Assembly (NCBI GenBank): GCA_041288095.1
Contig: JBGGMJ010000196.1
Coordinates: 1 to 45,950, forward strand
Reading direction: 5' to 3'
Origin: Myxococcota bacterium
GTDB lineage: Bacteria > Myxococcota > XYA12-FULL-58-9 > JALHOP01
DNA: 45,950 nucleotides
Part shown: positions 44,387 through 45,950 of the stretch, piece by piece
How the letters are laid out: every line of letters begins with the position of its first letter
Numbering within the stretch: position 1 is the stretch's first letter
Program-made: the position numbers and the translations under genes
Notes under the pieces: generated by a model
Told to the model about the DNA's origin: nothing
Databases searched by the model: none
What the model saw: only the letters and a program-made list of their open reading frames with translations

Positions 44387-45058
44387 ATGAAAGTGATGAT
44401 CTTCGGCTCGACCGGAATGGTCGGCCAGGCGGCGCTGCTCGAATGCATCCGCTCCGACGACGTCAGCGAGGTGCTCGTCGTGGTGCGGCGAGGGGGCGAC
44501 GAGCCGCACAAGAAGGTCCGCGAGCTGGTGGTGCCGGACCTCGCGAGCTTCCCGAACGTCGCGGGAGCGCTCGGCCGTTACGATGCCTGTCTGTTCTGCG
44601 CGGGCGTGAGCTCGGTCGGCATGTCCGAAGAAGCGTACACGAAGGTCACGTTCGAGCTCACCATGACGGTGGCGAACCTCTTGGCGCGGCAGAATCCCCC
44701 GATGGTCTTCGTCTACGTCACCGGCAAGGGCACCGACGGCAGCGAGCAAGGCGACACGATGTGGGCGCGCATCAAGGGCAAGACGGAGAACGCGCTCATG
44801 GCGCTGCCGTTTCGCGGCGCCTACATGTTCCGGCCCGGCTACATTCACCCCATGGACGGCATCAAGTCGCGCACCCTCGCCTACCGACTGGGCATCATCA
44901 TCGCCCGGCCGTTCTACCCGGTGTTGCGCCGCCTCTGGCCGGACAGCGTCACCACCACGCGAAACATCGGTCGCGCCATGCTCGCGGCGGTACGTGAGGG
45001 CTCGGGGAAGCGCGTCGTCGAGACCCCGGAGATCAACGTGCTGGGAGCACAGGCGTGA
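44387..45058 (+). CDS. NAD(P)-binding Rossmann protein (atypical SDR/epimerase-like)
   Basis: IFGSTGMVG, YDACLFCAGVSS, MWARIKGKTEN, FRPGYI. Confidence 0.85.
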   Translation: MKVMIFGSTGMVGQAALLECIRSDDVSEVLVVVRRGGDEPHKKVRELVVPDLASFPNVAGALGRYDACLFCAGVSSVGMSEEAYTKVTFELTMTVANLLARQNPPMVFVYVTGKGTDGSEQGDTMWARIKGKTENALMALPFRGAYMFRPGYIHPMDGIKSRTLAYRLGIIIARPFYPVLRRLWPDSVTTTRNIGRAMLAAVREGSGKRVVETPEINVLGAQA

Positions 45059-45950
45059 GTCGCGCGCCGGAGCTGCCGCCCCTCGAGCCGACGGCACCCG
45101 AAATAGGTGAGCCCGCACGTGTCGCGGGCGGCATTCCGGCAATCAAGCAAAGCCTCGCGCACGTCGTCCGCGAAAGCGGCCTTATTCGCGGCAGCGCCCA
45201 GCTGCTCGCCGTGAATCAGAAGAGCGGCTTCGACTGCCCCGGCTGCGCCTGGCCGGACCCCGACGACCGCCGCGAGATCACCGAGTTCTGCGAGAACGGC
45301 GCCAAGGCGGTCGCGGAAGAGACGACCACCAAGCGCGTGACGCCCGAGACGTTCGCGCGGCACAGCGTCGCCGAGCTCGCGGCCATGAGCGATCACGAGA
45401 TAGGCAAGCTCGGCCGCATCACCCATCCCGTGGTGCTGCGTGAAGGCGCGACGCACTACGCGCCCATCGCCTGGGCCGAAGCGTTCGCGCTAATCGCGCG
45501 CGAGCTGAACGCCTTGACGTCACCCAACGAGGCCGTCTTCTACACCTCTGGCCGCACCAGCAACGAGGCCGCTTTCGCGTACCAGACGTTCGTGCGCCTC
45601 TACGGCACCAACAACCTGCCCGACTGCTCGAACATGTGCCACGAGTCGAGCGGCGTCGCCCTCACCGAGACGATCGGCGTGGGCAAGGGGAGCGTCACCC
45701 TGGCCGACGTGGAGGCCGCCGACCTGGTGATCGTGATGGGCCAGAACCCGGGCACGAACCACCCGCGGATGCTCACGTCCCTCGAGCGGGTGAAGCGCAG
45801 GGGCGGGCGCATCCTGGCGATCAACCCGCTGCCGGAGGCAGGCCTGCGCCGCTTCAAGAACCCCCAGCGGCCCCGTGGCGTGCTCGGCGGGGGCACCGCC
45901 CTGGCCGATGTGTTCCTCCAGGTCCGGGTGAACGGCGACCTCGGCCTGTT
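45055..45950 (+). CDS. FdhF/YdeP-family molybdopterin oxidoreductase, 3'-truncated by the window edge
   Basis: Absent from the ORF track (no stop in window); GTG at 45055; NQKSGFDCPGCAWPD, EFCENGAKA, FYTSGRTSNEAAF, NNLPDCSNMCHE. Confidence 0.92.
   Translation, partial: MSRAPELPPLEPTAPEIGEPARVAGGIPAIKQSLAHVVRESGLIRGSAQLLAVNQKSGFDCPGCAWPDPDDRREITEFCENGAKAVAEETTTKRVTPETFARHSVAELAAMSDHEIGKLGRITHPVVLREGATHYAPIAWAEAFALIARELNALTSPNEAVFYTSGRTSNEAAFAYQTFVRLYGTNNLPDCSNMCHESSGVALTETIGVGKGSVTLADVEAADLVIVMGQNPGTNHPRMLTSLERVKRRGGRILAINPLPEAGLRRFKNPQRPRGVLGGGTALADVFLQVRVNGDLGL

Overview
GC-rich bacterial chromosomal segment, probably from a Myxococcota/deltaproteobacterium-like organism (CorE-type ECF sigma, AgmX/PglI-type C-terminal domain, myxobacterial-type hypotheticals). 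It is densely coding (about 47 CDS). I found no rRNA, tRNA, CRISPR array or transposase. Recognisable modules: FemAB-like GNAT plus class-V PLP aminotransferase; nudF; a tetraheme cytochrome-engB-surA-like-rimI operon ending in a GxxxFG-repeat protein; larE plus a NiCoT nickel permease; amidohydrolase; GH113; an Fe3+/polyamine-type ABC importer; MepA-LysM; beta-carbonic anhydrase plus a fasciclin lipoprotein; a copper-resistance island (CorE-like sigma, cupredoxin, CopA, TolC-like protein, multicopper oxidase) with two matching back-to-back ECF-type promoters; a HAD phosphatase-(SNase-LTD-SNase)-JmjC cluster; serine hydrolase; a cecR-ybhGFSR-type efflux operon; and a partial YdeP/FdhF. The most intriguing signal is a sigma28/FliA-like motif (GCAM-N15-GVCGATAM) found by eye in sense orientation upstream of four dispersed transcription units: three orphan genes and the phosphatase-nuclease cluster. 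A left-edge protein also ends like a T3SS needle subunit. Together these suggest, but do not prove, a dispersed sigma28-controlled secretome. All family calls come from motif recognition, not database searches.
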